DNA of 64,000 nt. Source: Octopus vulgaris. Its lineage: Eukaryota. The translations under genes were made by a program, and so were the position numbers. How positions within the stretch are numbered: position 1 is the first letter of the stretch; each line of letters opens with the position of its first letter. The stretch spans positions 4,340,001 to 4,404,000 of the forward strand of contig OX597831.1 of the NCBI GenBank assembly GCA_951406725.2. Reading direction: 5' to 3'. Of the stretch, positions 26,284 through 40,362 are shown piece after piece. The notes under the pieces are model-generated. The model was not told where the DNA came from, ran no database searches, and was given only the letters and a program-made list of their open reading frames with translations.

Positions 26284-26533
26284 ATAATATTTACACTGGC
26301 AAATGTTTGTATTGTTTTTGTTGTTATCATTAATATTATTATTATTGAGTTCACCATCCTTAATACAACAGCCATCATTGATAGAATCTTCACCACTAGC
26401 ACCATCAGCAGCAGCACCACCACCACAACCACCACCATCCCCCCAGCACCACTAGTACCAGCACCAACACCATCACCACATCATCAGCATCATCATTACC
26501 ACCACCATCACCACCACCACCACCACCACCACC
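25400..26533. repeat. Compound trinucleotide repeat region with a short unique island at ~25890-26050
   Basis: CTT, CTA, CAC, GTT, AAC, TAG arrays. Confidence 0.88.
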
Positions 26534-26567
<34 letters not shown>

Positions 26568-26570
26568 GCA

Positions 26571-26627
26571 AATTAATAAATAAAACATGTATATATACAT
26601 ACATAGATGAACGTACCTACATCTACA

Positions 26628-26665
<38 letters not shown>

Positions 26666-26949
26666 TACAGGACACCAAAAAAACCGTCGAACACAATGAG
26701 AAACGAAAACATAAACACAAAACCAAGGAACTGGACATTTTTCCTTGTGTTGTATGTCCTGTACTCTATTTTTTCGTTGTTTAAGAAAAATGTCCATTTC
26801 CTTGGTTTTGTGTTTATGTGTTCGTTTCTCATTGTGTTCGACGTTTTTTTGGTGTCCTGTACCCATATATGCATGTATATATACATGTAGATGTAGGTAC
26901 GTAAATATATGTATGTATATATGCATATGTTTTATTTATTTATTAATTT
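26571..26949. repeat. Fold-back inverted duplication (~165-170 bp arms, ~41 bp spacer)
   Basis: 26571-26743 is the reverse complement of 26785-26949; the core is homologous to the repeat at 41183-41350. Confidence 0.9.
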
Positions 26950-27145
26950 ATTATATGACGGAACGCACGCATCCATTTCTAAGTAAGTTTTTTCTTAACA
27001 TATATATCTATAATTTTAAATTAATAATAGAAGGATAAAATTTATTAATTAAATTAATTAATTAATTAATCAATTAATTAACAATTTCACTAAGTAGATC
27101 GGTACGTTACAATAACCTTTATAGGTAAAATTATCCACATAATAA

Positions 27146-27302
27146 AATTAGGGTTTAGCTAACTGCTTCACCACATACGAAATTAGAAATAGGAGTTAAA
27201 AATTCCTTTTCTGATGGAGATTCTTATAGTAGTAGAAAAGGAATTTTTAACTCCTATTTCTAATTTCGGTATGTGGTGAAGCAGTTAGCTGAACTCTAAT
27301 TA
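27146..27302. repeat. Inverted repeat, ~66-bp arms, ~22-nt loop
   Basis: AATTAGGGTTTAGCTAACTGCTTCACCACATACGAAATTAGAAATAGGAGTTAAAAATTCCTTTTCT and its near-perfect reverse complement. Confidence 0.9.
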
Positions 27303-27320
27303 TAATTATAATTATAATTA

Positions 27321-27390
<70 letters not shown>

Positions 27391-27584
27391 CATATACATA
27401 AAAGTAAATAAATGGCACAAGGAAGTACCGATATTTACTGGAGAATAGCGAACGTAATAAATACCGCTAATGTATAGCTTCACTGCGTATGTACTAGTAA
27501 AGATGCGTGTGTGCAACAAACATGAAAAAATTGTCTTACCTCTAAGGAGAACATCTGAAAAATGAAATACCTAGAAATGGATAA

Positions 27585-27655
27585 TGTGGTACCGGTTTCA
27601 GATTCTTCAAAATATGTCTGCCAACATATATTTGATTTATCCTCATCAGCCAAAT
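27585..27655 (-). ncRNA. Type I hammerhead ribozyme motif, canonical core
   Basis: Minus: TGG-CTGATGA-GGAT[AAATCAAATATATGTTGGCAGACATATTTTGAAGA]ATCT-GAAA-CCGG-TA-CCA; all core nucleotides present, palindromic stem III ACCGGT. Confidence 0.78.
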
Positions 27656-28155
27656 ATACCTCGACAATATTTCAAATGTTGCCACATCTATGCCAGTACA
27701 CTCGACTGAACGCCAAAACGCTGACAGAACGAGAACAGTGAAGAAGTTTCAATGAAAATAGTAATGCAATACGAGAGTATTGCTTTCCAGTAAAGGATAG
27801 CCCGTATATATATATATATATACCTGTGTGTCTGTGCGTGCGTGCGTGTGTGTTTGTGTGAATATATATTCAAAAATGAATTAGAAGCAGCGCGAGTGTT
27901 GTAAACATTATCAACCACACAAACACAATGAATGTGCCTTGCTTGTTCGGCGGTCGGCAGCGATTGGATGCGATGGGAATGACTCTCTCGAAGCGCCGGG
28001 TGTTAAAAAAACGTGAAAGTCATAGACATAGACAAGCGAGACGACCCACCCTAAGACCCATTCAGCAGCGAATATATATAAATATGTATTCAAAATTTAA
28101 TATAATAGACAACTTCTCAAACAAAGAGGATGTAATATTCTGCTTTTTTTTGTTA

Positions 28156-28606
28156 AGGCGGCGAGATGGCAGAAACGTTCGCACGCAGAGCGAAATGATT
28201 AGCGGTGTTTCGTCTGTCTTTATGCTCAGAGTTCAAATTCCGCCGAAGGCGACTTTGCCTTTCGTCCTTTCGGGGTCGATAAATTAAGTACCAGTTACGT
28301 ACTGGTGTTGATCTAATCGACTGGCCCATCTCTTTTTTTTTCGGGCCTTGTGCTTAGAATAGAAACGAAAACAATATTCTCCTGCTTTCTAGGGCGGCGA
28401 GCTAGCAGAAACGTTAGCACGCAGGACGAAATACTTAGCGGTGCTTCGTCTGTCTTTATGTTCTGAGTTCAAATTCCGCCGAGGTCGACTTTGCTTTTTA
28501 TCTTTTCGGGGTCGATAAATTAAATATCAGTTGCGTACTGAGATCATTCTAATCGACTGGCCCCTCCCTCCAAAATTTCGGGCCTTGTGCCTACAGTAGA
28601 AAAGAA
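28156..28606 (+). mobile_element. Two tandem SINE family B monomers (28156-28365, 28392-28606)
   Basis: Each has a GGCGGCGAG..GCAGAAACGTT head, the central domain and a CGACTGGCCC..GGGCCTTGTGC..GTAGAAA-type tail. Confidence 0.88.
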
Positions 28607-29076
28607 CATCCTACTGTTTTTTGTTATATTATATTCTTGTCATCTCCATAGCAATTTTCCTGTACTCTTTTTGTTACCTTCTCTAAATCACACACACACA
28701 CACGCACACACACACACACACACACTCACACACACACACACACTCACACACACACGCACACACACACACACACACACACATACACACACACAAACATCCC
28801 CTCACCTCCCCACACACAGATGTAAATTAGCGTAACTTAGAAATTTAAAAAAATAACGTTTTGCTAGTTAATCAATTCATATCGTAAAAGAAAAAAATCC
28901 ATTGAGTAATATAATATAATATTTAAAAGGATTTATTTAAATAACTAATGCCACATGTTGTCAAATATGTATATTTTTATATAATAAAAACTATTGCTTT
29001 AAATAAATGTTTAGAATGTAAAAAGAAAGATGGTGTCATTCTAAGCATTGATTTATATTTCATGATTTACATATCT

Positions 29077-29469
29077 CTCTTTCTCTCTTTTCTCTTTTAC
29101 TTGTTTCAGTTATTTGACTGCGGCCATGCTGGAGCACCGCCTTCAGTCGAGCAGATCGACCCCGGGACTTATTCTTTGTAAGCCCAGTACTAAGTGACAG
29201 GGACATAAACACACCAGCATCGGTTGTCAAGCAATGCTAGGGGGACAAACACAGACACACAAACATATATACACACAAACATATATATATATATATATAC
29301 ATATATACGACAGGCTTCTTTCAGTTTCCGTCTACCAAATCCACTCACAAGGCATTTATCGGCCCGGGGCTATAGCAGAAGACATTTGCCCAAGGTGCCA
29401 CGCAGTGGGACTGAACCCGGAATCATGTGGTTGGTAAGCAAGCTACTTACCACACAGCCACTCCTTGCA
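29077..29469 (-). mobile_element. SINE family A with short internal deletion
   Basis: All blocks present except the GATAGAATAAG segment. Confidence 0.9.
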
Positions 29470-29703
29470 CGTTAAAACCCAAGGTTTTATCTGTTTATTT
29501 GAATCACTGTTTCCATATCTGCTCACTTGGATTCCCCTCATAATCACTCTTTAACCTGTTGACTTGGCCCTCGGTAAGGAATATCGGAATGCAAGTTCAA
29601 ATCATTTGATCGCCAATGTTTTCTATATTGAAATTTTCCCGATCTCATTTGATGATTCTCCTCTCTCTCGCTCTTTCTACACACACACATACACACACGC
29701 ATT

Positions 29704-29769
<66 letters not shown>

Positions 29770-29797
29770 CACATACATACACACACACATTTATATG

Positions 29798-29874
<77 letters not shown>

Positions 29875-29991
29875 CATGCACTTTCACGTGGTTGCTCCTG
29901 GTGGTTAAATTTTATACCACCCTCAGTGGTATTTGATCGCAAAACGTAAATAACCGTAACTGAATACCACAGTACATTTGTCCAAGGTTAA

Positions 29992-30030
<39 letters not shown>

Positions 30031-30189
30031 GCCAACACAACTATTATTTCTACTACCACCCTCACTCTCACCACCATCGTCACTACCACCACCAACACCA
30101 GCACGACTACAAGTACTACTACATCAACCATTGCTGGTATTTCTACCACTACCACCACCACCACCACCACCACCACCACCACCACCACC

Positions 30190-30243
<54 letters not shown>

Positions 30244-30385
30244 GCCAACACAACTATTATTTCTACTACTACCCTCACTCTCACCACCATCGTCACTACC
30301 ACCACCATCACCAGCACGACTACAAGTACTACTACATCAACCATTGCTGGTATTTCTACCACCACCACCACCACCACCACCATCA
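29992..30385. repeat. Tandem duplication (~213-bp period) of a CTA/CCA-rich unit
   Basis: GCCAACACAACTATTATTTCTAC...CATCAACCATTGCTGGTATTTCTACC at ~30031 and ~30244. Confidence 0.88.
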
Positions 30386-30477
30386 CCACCACTACTACTA
30401 CATGTTGATATGTTGTGGTTGTTATTGTATAGACCTGGAATAGGGACTAATCCAGTGGATCTGTGCTATGCTGGTTG

Positions 30478-30636
30478 TCGGTTGCTGTTTAGCCCTAGGT
30501 CTGCCTTGGGTGGGCAAATCTATGGATCCAAAGCGCTTCCCTTAAGACCAACTCGTTTTTTAGGCAGTGAGATATTTGATGAAATTTGGCTGCTGTTTCA
30601 GGCTGGTCAAGCGACCACATAGCTCCCTCGTTGGCA
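30478..30636. mobile_element. Probable old SINE/LINE 3' fragment
   Basis: GTTTAGCCCTAGGT start also seen at ~63855 after a GTT run; family not assigned. Confidence 0.4.
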
Positions 30637-30667
30637 CGAACATAGTAGCATTAGTAACAGCAGCAGC

Positions 30668-30716
<49 letters not shown>

Positions 30717-31273
30717 ATAGCGTTAGTAGTGGTTGTAGTAATAGTAGTGGTGGTAGTGGTAGTAATAGTAGTAGTAGGGGTGGTAGTAGTTGTGGTGGTG
30801 GTGGTAATTGTCGGATTAGTAGAAGCAGTAGTAGTACAGGTGGTGATAGTAGTAGTGATGGTGATGGTTATAGTAGTCGTTGTCGTCATGGTAGTAGTAG
30901 CAGCAATGGTGGCGGCTGTGGTGGTGGATAGTAGTATTGGTGGTTGTGATGGTGGTGGTTGTGGTGGTGGTGGTAGTTGTGATGGTGGTAGTATAGTAAA
31001 TGTGTAAAACAAGGATTGGTCTGTAATTGAAAACGATTGATTTTCCTATCAACCATCTCACCAACCAGCCAACCAAGCAGCCGACCAACCAGCCCCAGTA
31101 AAGGCAACGACAACAACAAAAACAATAACAACAACAACTGCAACAACACCAGTAAACAACAACACTACTAACAAGAACAATATCAGTAACGATGGCAACA
31201 ACACCAGCTACAACAATAACGTAGCAAGTACAACGGTAACCAATAGTATCATTAAGAGAATAACTGTAAAAAT

Positions 31274-31389
<116 letters not shown>

Positions 31390-32539
31390 GTTGCTGCTGC
31401 TAGTACTACCACCTTTGCCACCAACATCACCATCAACAACACCCCCAACGCACTTAGACCAATAACACCACTAAAAGAACTATTATTACCGCCATCACCA
31501 CCACAACCACCGTCGCCACCGCAACCACAACCATCATAATTACTGCAATCCCTACTACAACCAACCATTATAAACGCTATCACGTCTATCGCTATCATCT
31601 TCTTTAATAGAAAATCAATTAAGGTAAGCTAGTCTTGTAAAAGTTTCGCAAGTTCAATTAATCATTTTAATTTCGAAAACCTTCCGAATAGTAAGATAGT
31701 TTTCTCATATTTGTAATTGTGTTGTCCCAAACAATTACCCCTTAAGAGTAATTGTCTTTCAAAAGCTTTAATATATTGAGCTAGGAATACTGTAGATAGA
31801 ACTTACATTCGATTGACCAAGAATTGCTTTAAAGTTCGCTTTTATTACCATATGCACAGATTTAATAATAATAATGATGATGAAAACAATGAAAACCTCA
31901 AAAATCTCCACAAGACTCCATGTACATTTGGTACTTAAAAGAAACAGTTTTGCCCTGCATTTGAAATTTAATGGTAAGATTTTGGTCACGCTAATCTATA
32001 CATAGTCATTTTTGCTGCGAAGTTAGTTTGGACAAAAAATTCTTAATATAATTTCAAAACATTCAAAGGTCAAATGATTAGATATGTTGCATTAAATGAA
32101 TAAATATGTTGGATATGTCATTGTAGATACACTTCAGAATATTTAGTTTATATATTCCGACAGTGTACTCTCAGACTGATGAGTCGAGAAGGAATACGTA
32201 AAGCGTACCATTCTGACAGCGCCAACTGTAGCAGTTACAATACCAAATAGCAGTTACAATACCAAATACACGAACAGCGTGATGACAGCAAAGTATTGAG
32301 GACAGGTAGTGAACACCTTAAGAAGCTCTCAAACCCGCTGTAATTTGATATGATCCCAGAACGACTGACCGGATCTACATTAAACCTGAAGGAGAAGTAC
32401 TGTTCATACAAAATATATACAGTCTTTTCATTGTAAACAGAAAGAAGCTAGCGTTGACATTTCAAACGTCGAGCTTTTACAATTCAAGAGAAAAAAATAA
32501 CTATAAAAGAAAGAAAATGCCGATGATGTTTCATATATC

Positions 32540-32852
32540 TGTTGTTGTTTGTTCCTTTTCGAACCATGCCTGGCTCATAAGGGCCGGTTTCCCGGTTTCC
32601 TTGGTGTATAGGTTCCCCACCTGGACGGGACGCCGGTCCGTCGCAGGTGAGCTGCAAGATGCAGGAGGAAAGAGTGAGAGAAAGAAAGTTGTGGTGAAAG
32701 AGTCAGCAGAAGTTCGCCATTACCTTCTTCCGGAGCCGCATGGAGCTTAGGTGTTTCGCTCATAAACACACACATCGCCCGGTTTGAGATTCGAACCCGC
32801 GATCCCTCGACTGCGAGTCCGCTGCTCTAGCCACTAGGCCATGTGCCTCCAC
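32540..32852 (-). mobile_element. SINE family C, tail variant 1, full length
   Basis: tRNA-like head TGGCCTAGTGG (A box) and GGTTCGAATC (B box); tail CCTGCGACGGACCGGCGTCCCGTCCAGG...GAAACCGG. Confidence 0.88.
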
Positions 32853-32949
32853 CATATATGTGTTAGCTAGGTAGAAATGCTTGATATGTCTGCACTTTGT
32901 AAACGTTTCAGATCTCCTGCTTAAGTAAGCATTCAAAGTTTTGAGTTTA

Positions 32950-33334
32950 TCTCTCTCTATATAAACGGCAGTTTGTCTGTGCGTGTTTCTGTGTGTCTGT
33001 TTGCTTGTACCCTCACCCTGACCACGGCTTTCAACCGATTCTGATGAAACTTGACACACACATAGCCCAATGTCATAATTCAAAACTAACGCAGCGAAAA
33101 TTTTGAAAAGTTCCCCCAGTTCTGGAAAAAATCAATAAATTCGACATGGGGTCGAGAATCAGAAATACGAACCACAAACTGTCTAGGGGACGCAACTCCA
33201 CCTTTTTTAAATCTCAAAAAAAGATTTACCATCATTTTTTTCCATTTTATTTCTATTTTTTGGCTATAACTCTCTAAAAATGCTTTATAGTTATTTCCCT
33301 TACAAACCTGAGCAACGCCGGGCGATACTGCTAG
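32950..33334 (+). mobile_element. Non-autonomous Helitron
   Basis: A|TC 5' end, 3' hairpin CCTGAGCAACGCCGGG, terminal CTAG|T, no TSD; last ~120 bp shared with 47565-48077 and 57192-57491. Confidence 0.85.
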
Positions 33335-33489
33335 TTTGAAATAAAAGAAAAATCTCTTCGTTGTACATTAGTTGCAAATCTTTTATAGTATGCTTTGGAG
33401 TGTCCGAAGCTAAACTTGTGTTTGGAGTAGCGGTGTTTTAAATGTTCTTCTGTTATGCCACTGTAGTTTTATAATAATGTTATTACTGA

Positions 33490-33845
33490 CAATAAGCTGG
33501 TAGAATCGTTAGCAAGTCGGACAAAGTGCTTAGCGGGATTTCTTCCGACTTTATACATTCTGAGTTCAATTCCGCCAAGATCGATTTTGCCTCTCGTCCT
33601 CTCGGCGTTGGTAAAATAAGTACCAGTTGAACACTGGGGGTCAATGTAATCCATCGATCACCACCCCTAAAAGTTGCTGTCACTGTGCTAAAACCTGAAA
33701 CCAATTATTGGCAGAACCAATAGAGAATCGGTGAAGATGCTTCGTAGTGTTTATTCTGGCTTCATATATTCCGAGCTCAGATCCTGTCATGGTCAGCTTT
33801 GCATTTCATCATTACAGGGTCGATAAAATAAAGTATCAGTCAAGT
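33490..33845 (+). mobile_element. Two diverged SINE family B copies
   Basis: AGCTGGTAGAATCGTTAGC...GAGTTCAATTCCGCC...AAGTACCAGT; second copy TTTGCATTTCATC..GGGTCGATAAAATAAAGTA. Confidence 0.72.
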
Positions 33846-34330
33846 GAGATATAAACCAGGTACTGTTAAGAATTATTTTTTGATTAGTAGCAGTGTTTCG
33901 GAGCAAGGAATAAAGTGAATCTTATCCTAGAATCCCCTATGTTTTACAGCATTCTTGTTTTAGGTTGATCAAAGATTTCAGTTTGGTGGTAGGTTTTTTT
34001 TTAGCGTATATGCTTATCTATAATTTTAAAGACAAAAAGTGACGTTCGAATACTTACCTCTTTAACAATACTTAATTCGGTTTGTTACATGGTTAGTATC
34101 GGTTCGTCCTAAAGTTCAGTGTCACATTTAAAATTACATCTAATGTTGCCGATCTCCTCCGCCAACGATGGTTATATTATGTGCATGCTTAACAGAATAT
34201 TGAAAATACGTTGCCATTTATGAAGAAAACTTAAATAAAACTGATTTTCAGTAAAAAAAAAGCATCACGTAAAACATATTGCTCATGAATTCTCCCTTAA
34301 CATAAAGCCTAAAGTCACGGGAAGGAAATT

Positions 34331-34418
<88 letters not shown>

Positions 34419-34529
34419 GTCCGTATGCCTGCCTATCTGTCTGTCTGGCTACGCGCACATACATACCTGCCCCATCACCTTTCTTAACTCGTCCATCGAA
34501 CCACATTCCCAACTGATTTGTATTCCCAT

Positions 34530-34572
34530 TATTTATTCTGATGAAAATCTAACGTCCGAAACGTTAAAGAGC
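34530..34572 (+). ncRNA. Decayed minimal hammerhead motif
   Basis: CTGATGA (34538-34544) followed 13 nt later by GAAACGTT; stems I and II poorly paired. Confidence 0.4.
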
Positions 34573-34825
34573 ACTCCTTTTTATGTAGTAAAACAAATAC
34601 AGTATTTGCTGCCCCTTATCCTTTCTATGTTGTTTTGTCTTTTACCTTTTTCATACTTTATTTCATTTCAATACACACACACGCACTCACACACACGCAC
34701 ACACATACATATATGTAAAGATTTGAGGAGAACACTCAATACATAACGGAGGTTTAATAGTATTTATAAATCTAGAATTTACAGCATCGCTACTCCGCGA
34801 CACGTCCTTCCGTTTTAGCCACATA

Positions 34826-35488
34826 TAATCCTTTCTACTGTTAGAACAGGGCTTGAAGTTTTTGGGGAAAGGGATTAGACAATAACATCAATGCCAGGGC
34901 TCAACTGGCTCTTATTTTACCGAACCCGCAAGAATGGAAAGCAAAGTCGATTTCGACGGAATTTGAACTCAGAACGTAAGGACGGACGAAACGCTACTAA
35001 TCATTTTGTCTGACGTGCTAACGTTTCTTATTTCTTTATTGCCTCCAAGGGGCTAAACATAGAGGGGACAAACAAGGACAGACAAATGGATTAAGTCGAT
35101 TACATCGACCCCAGTGCGTAACTGGTACTTATTTAATCGACCCCGAAAGGATGAAAGGTAAAGTCGACCTCGGCGGAATTTGAACACAGAACGTAGCGGC
35201 AGACGAAATACCGCTAAGCATTTCGCCCGGCGTGCTAACGTTTCTGCCAGCTCACCGACTTCTGCTGCCTTACAATAATATTTAATAATTAGAGCACTCG
35301 GAGAGCGCAAGCCTCCGCCAAGGCAACACCAACGTCATGGCCACACATGATAATAATATCCATTCTACTGTAGGTACATAGCTTAAAATTAGTAGGGTTA
35401 GTTGATTACATCGACCCCAGTATTTCACTGGTACTTAGTTTATCGACCCCGAAAGGATGAAAGGCAAAGTCGACCTCGGCGGAATTTG
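34826..35488 (-). mobile_element. SINE family B cluster (34826-35025, 35028-35257, 35360-35488) with a HINE 3' fragment at 35285-35333
   Basis: Three GTCGA.CTCGGCGGAATTTG-like blocks; GAGCACTCGGAGAGCGCAAGCCTCCGCC matches the reverse complement of the 24632-24986 3' end. Confidence 0.85.
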
Positions 35489-36195
35489 CTCCTTATAATA
35501 ATAATAATATCACAGTTGAGTGCCTTTTGAACAACCATGTTTAGAGTTCAAATTGTAATGGAGTCCACATAAAGACGATTGGAACCGAGGTCAATAAAGT
35601 AAGCGTCAGATACACAGCAGACATGTTTGCAAAGACTTTACCAATTCCACTGATAATTCGCACGCTTTGTAGCAAGGCAAGGAAATCATTATTTTTAAAT
35701 GTTTATTGTCCAATTTATTTTATGAATCGTTTCAAATCTAACAGTTTTTTTTTCTTCTGTCTTTTTTTTTTTTTTTATTGAAAAATATATAAAAATATAT
35801 AAATTTATCTATCAATTAATCAAACCGAAACGAAAAAAGTTTGAAGATATTTTAGATAAAACCAAAAAGCAAAAGGCAAAAAAAAAACGAAACGAAACGA
35901 AACTAAATGTTATTGAATACATTGGTAGAGTTTTGTTAAATAGTTTTATCTCCACCTTCTTTCTTGTGTTTTTGTTTGCGTTATTTAAAGCCTCTCGTTC
36001 ATCTCCTTGTTGCTGTTGTTGTTGTAGTAGTTGTTGTTGTTGTTCTTATCTATATATTACATGTTTAATGTGGGATTCCGGCAGACATATTTCACAGAAA
36101 TTGATTTCCAGGAGAAATTTGTAGCAGCAGTTCTTCTGGACTTCGTGCGTCGTCGTCGTCGTCGTCGTTGCCACCCTCATCCTCACCCACCCCCT

Positions 36196-36209
36196 CATTA
36201 TCATTATCA

Positions 36210-36271
<62 letters not shown>

Positions 36272-36293
36272 GTTATCATTATTATTATTATTA

Positions 36294-36348
<55 letters not shown>

Positions 36349-36356
36349 CATTATTA

Positions 36357-36390
<34 letters not shown>

Positions 36391-36562
36391 CATTATTATT
36401 ATTATTATTATCATCATCATTATTATTATTATTATTATTATTATGACGATGATGATGATGACGATGAGAAGTAGTAGTATACACAGTAATAACATTATTA
36501 TAAATAGGATTTGAACCGCTGTTGGTGATCAGGAGTAGTAGTAGTAGTATTTGTTGTTGTTA

Positions 36563-36597
<35 letters not shown>

Positions 36598-36696
36598 ATA
36601 GTAGTAGTAGTAGTAGTAGTAGTAATAATAGTAGTAATAGTAGTAATAATAGTAGTAATATTATTATTTATATTATTATTATTATTATTACTATTA

Positions 36697-36730
<34 letters not shown>

Positions 36731-36770
36731 CATCATCATCATCAGTAGTAGTAGTAGTAGTAGTAGTATA
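36196..36770. repeat. (TTA)n / (TAG)n microsatellites
   Basis: Triplet arrays. Confidence 0.93.
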
Positions 36771-37212
36771 CATGCAGTAATAATATTATTATTAACAGAA
36801 ACTGAACAGCTTTTGTTTATGTTGTTCTATCGGTTGTCGTTCTTTGTCTCTCTCTCTTTCTCTCTCTCATCATTCTCTCTGTTTCTCTTTCCCTCTCTCT
36901 CCCTCTCTGTTATTAACTCTATTTTAAAAGTTATATATTCGTCTTGTTTTTCTTAAATCTTTTCTGTATATTTCTACATTTGTTCTGGTGTGACTATTAA
37001 CGCGTCCGTTGTGTATTTTTCGTACATTGCTTGTTAAAGTTACACACACACACATACTAACACACACACACACGTACACACACACTCTAACACACACAAA
37101 CACACTCATGTATGGATATAGACAAACATATACATATTTATCAATCTGTACATACTTACATACAAATATATATATATAAGTATATAAATCTAAATCTATA
37201 TCTATATCTTTA

Positions 37213-37244
<32 letters not shown>

Positions 37245-37424
37245 AGCACTATGCATACACACACATACACATACATACACACACACGCAAACACACACAC
37301 ATGTATCTATGTATATACACACACATATACGTATTTATCTATCTGTATATACTTACATAGAAATATATATATATATATAGGTATATAAATCTCTCTATAA
37401 GTAGGCATGCATATATATACATAC

Positions 37425-37510
<86 letters not shown>

Positions 37511-37862
37511 GCACGTATGCTTACATACTCACACAAGCACACACGTATATATGATAATTGAGCTTTCTTTGTTCTTTTATTGTCTCCCCTTCGTATTGGC
37601 TGCTGTCTTGACGTTTGTTTATTTATTCCAGTATATATTATTGGACCGTCATGTTTTAGAGCATTGATAAAAAGCAATAACAGATGTTGATTTGAAGTTT
37701 GGGATTAACGTAAGTGCTGATTAATCGCTTATCTTAGCTTAATCAGTAAATCGATTTTGTGTTTTGTGACAAATGAAAATGAAAGACATAAAAATTACAA
37801 ATCACAAAACCAAACACAAAAACAAAAATATACACAAACACATTAATAAATAGATACATCGC

Positions 37863-37926
<64 letters not shown>

Positions 37927-38050
37927 CTATATAACTAGCTGGACATTGTGACTCCTGTCTGTGTTTACGAGTATAAATAAATATTTGTATTCATCGAAAT
38001 TGTAAATATGTAAATATTTTTTAGATATGTACACGATACTTACATGTGAT

Positions 38051-38116
<66 letters not shown>

Positions 38117-38189
38117 ATATGTATATGTATGCTAGGACAATAAAATATATTCAAGATCAAAGTGTTTATCAAAGACCTCTGCTGATATA

Positions 38190-38261
<72 letters not shown>

Positions 38262-38478
38262 TGCATATATATATATGCATATATATATATATGCACACAT
38301 GCATACATGCGTACATACACATTTTCCCGCCACACAATCACATGAGATAAGTACTCAATACATAACGTAGAGTTAATAATAACAATAATAATACTAATAA
38401 TAGCTACCGATAAATACACACATATAACTTATTGAATGTCCATGTGTCTATGTGTGTAGTTTGATATCATGTACATAT

Positions 38479-38542
<64 letters not shown>

Positions 38543-38903
38543 TTGATGAGTGTGTGTGCTGGTATATATCTTTAAATACCCGTATCTCAAACCAAACATA
38601 TGGCACTATTAAAAACTAATGGATCTGCAAAGTCTTTTGCCGATATATGTTTATCATTATTATCGATATCATTGTTGATGTTGTTGTTGTCGTCATCATC
38701 ATCATCATCATCATAACTATCATTATTATTATTATTAAAGATGGTGGACGGAGTGAGTTAGGCTGCCTGTTCTACTGTGTCTTCAACTGTCTCATTTGCT
38801 TACAATGTCCGGCCAATATTTGTTTCTTTTGTACCATATCATTGTCAAGATATTATCATGGCCACCACTACCACCACCGCCGCCGTCACCATTATTATTA
38901 TTA

Positions 38904-38967
<64 letters not shown>

Positions 38968-39327
38968 TATTATTGAAGATTTATCCTTCATTATTATCGT
39001 TTCATATTTCCATTATAGTTTTTGCCATTTCTTTCTCCCCCTCTTCTCCCTATCCCCCCACCTCTACGTTCGTCCACTCCATCTTCCGTTTCTTCTTCTT
39101 CTTCTTCTTCTTCTTCTTCTTCTTCTTCTTCTTCTTCTTCTTCTTCTTCTTCTTCTTCTTCTCCTTCTTCTTCTTCTTCTTCTTCTCCTTCTTCGTCATC
39201 TTTTATTGTTTCTTATCTGTAGAATATGGCTTAAGTCCTCCAATTTCAAAGATAGATTCCAATTTCATTTTTATTTCTTTATTTGTGGTGTATTAATAGT
39301 TTTTGCTTTAAAAAAGTCATTTTTGTT

Positions 39328-39364
<37 letters not shown>

Positions 39365-39365
39365 C

Positions 39366-39405
<40 letters not shown>

Positions 39406-39645
39406 GTTGTTGTTTTTGTCGTCGTTGCTCTTGTTATCCTAAATCTTCATCATCACGATCATCATGATCAACATCAACACCACCACCACTATCATCATCA
39501 CCATCAACAGCCATCTTCCTCCTTCCCTCCTCCTCCACCCTCGTCCTCACTACCCTCCTCATCCTCACTCTCCTCCTCCTCCTCCTCGTCGTCGTCATTA
39601 TCGTCATCACCACCATTACCTTGCTCTTTTATATCCTCCTCCTCC

Positions 39646-39680
<35 letters not shown>

Positions 39681-40171
39681 GTCATCATCATCATGGCCCT
39701 CCTCCTCCTCCTCCTCCTCATCATCATCATCATCAGCAGCAGCAGCATCAACCACAACAACACTAGCATTTATTTCTCATCCTTTCGTTTATTTTCTGAT
39801 ACAATTTCTGAACCGTACATTGATGTCGCTGTCTCCTCCCACCCCCCGCCATTTCTCCCCCCTACCCTTTCACTCAATTTTCTCCCTCTACACCCCACCC
39901 CAATTCCTACCTCTCACGATATCTATCTCCAGTTACTCTTCACCCTCAGCCAATCCCCAAACCACCCCACCCCCACCTCACCCCTATATAAACCATATTC
40001 AGTCGCTCATTTTGCAAAGATTATATCATGTTTATGACGGATATCCGTCCGGTAATAACTTTAATAGTTATTTGTCAATGAGCGTTATCATATCCTTACT
40101 GTGCCAATGGCAACGTTATTCCTCCTACCAGCACTCCTACAAACGCCACCGAAATCATCGGCACAAACCTC

Positions 40172-40207
<36 letters not shown>

Positions 40208-40329
40208 TCCTTTTCTTTCACTCACATTCGCTCCTCCTCTCTCCCGTCCTCCCTTTCTCATTTTCTCACGCTACTTTCACTTTACAGAGCGCGCTCTCAA
40301 GATTGTGATCTCTACTTGTGTACACACAA

Positions 40330-40362
<33 letters not shown>

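Noticed and set aside
32770-32852. tRNA gene calls for SINE heads (families A-D)
   Set aside because: A and B boxes are present but acceptor stems are incomplete, and each head continues into a shared SINE body
33038-33052. CTGATGAAAC as a hammerhead core
   Set aside because: No stem II between the boxes; it is the CCGATT.TGATGAAA.TT motif common in Helitron/Helentron derivatives (similar at ~24737)
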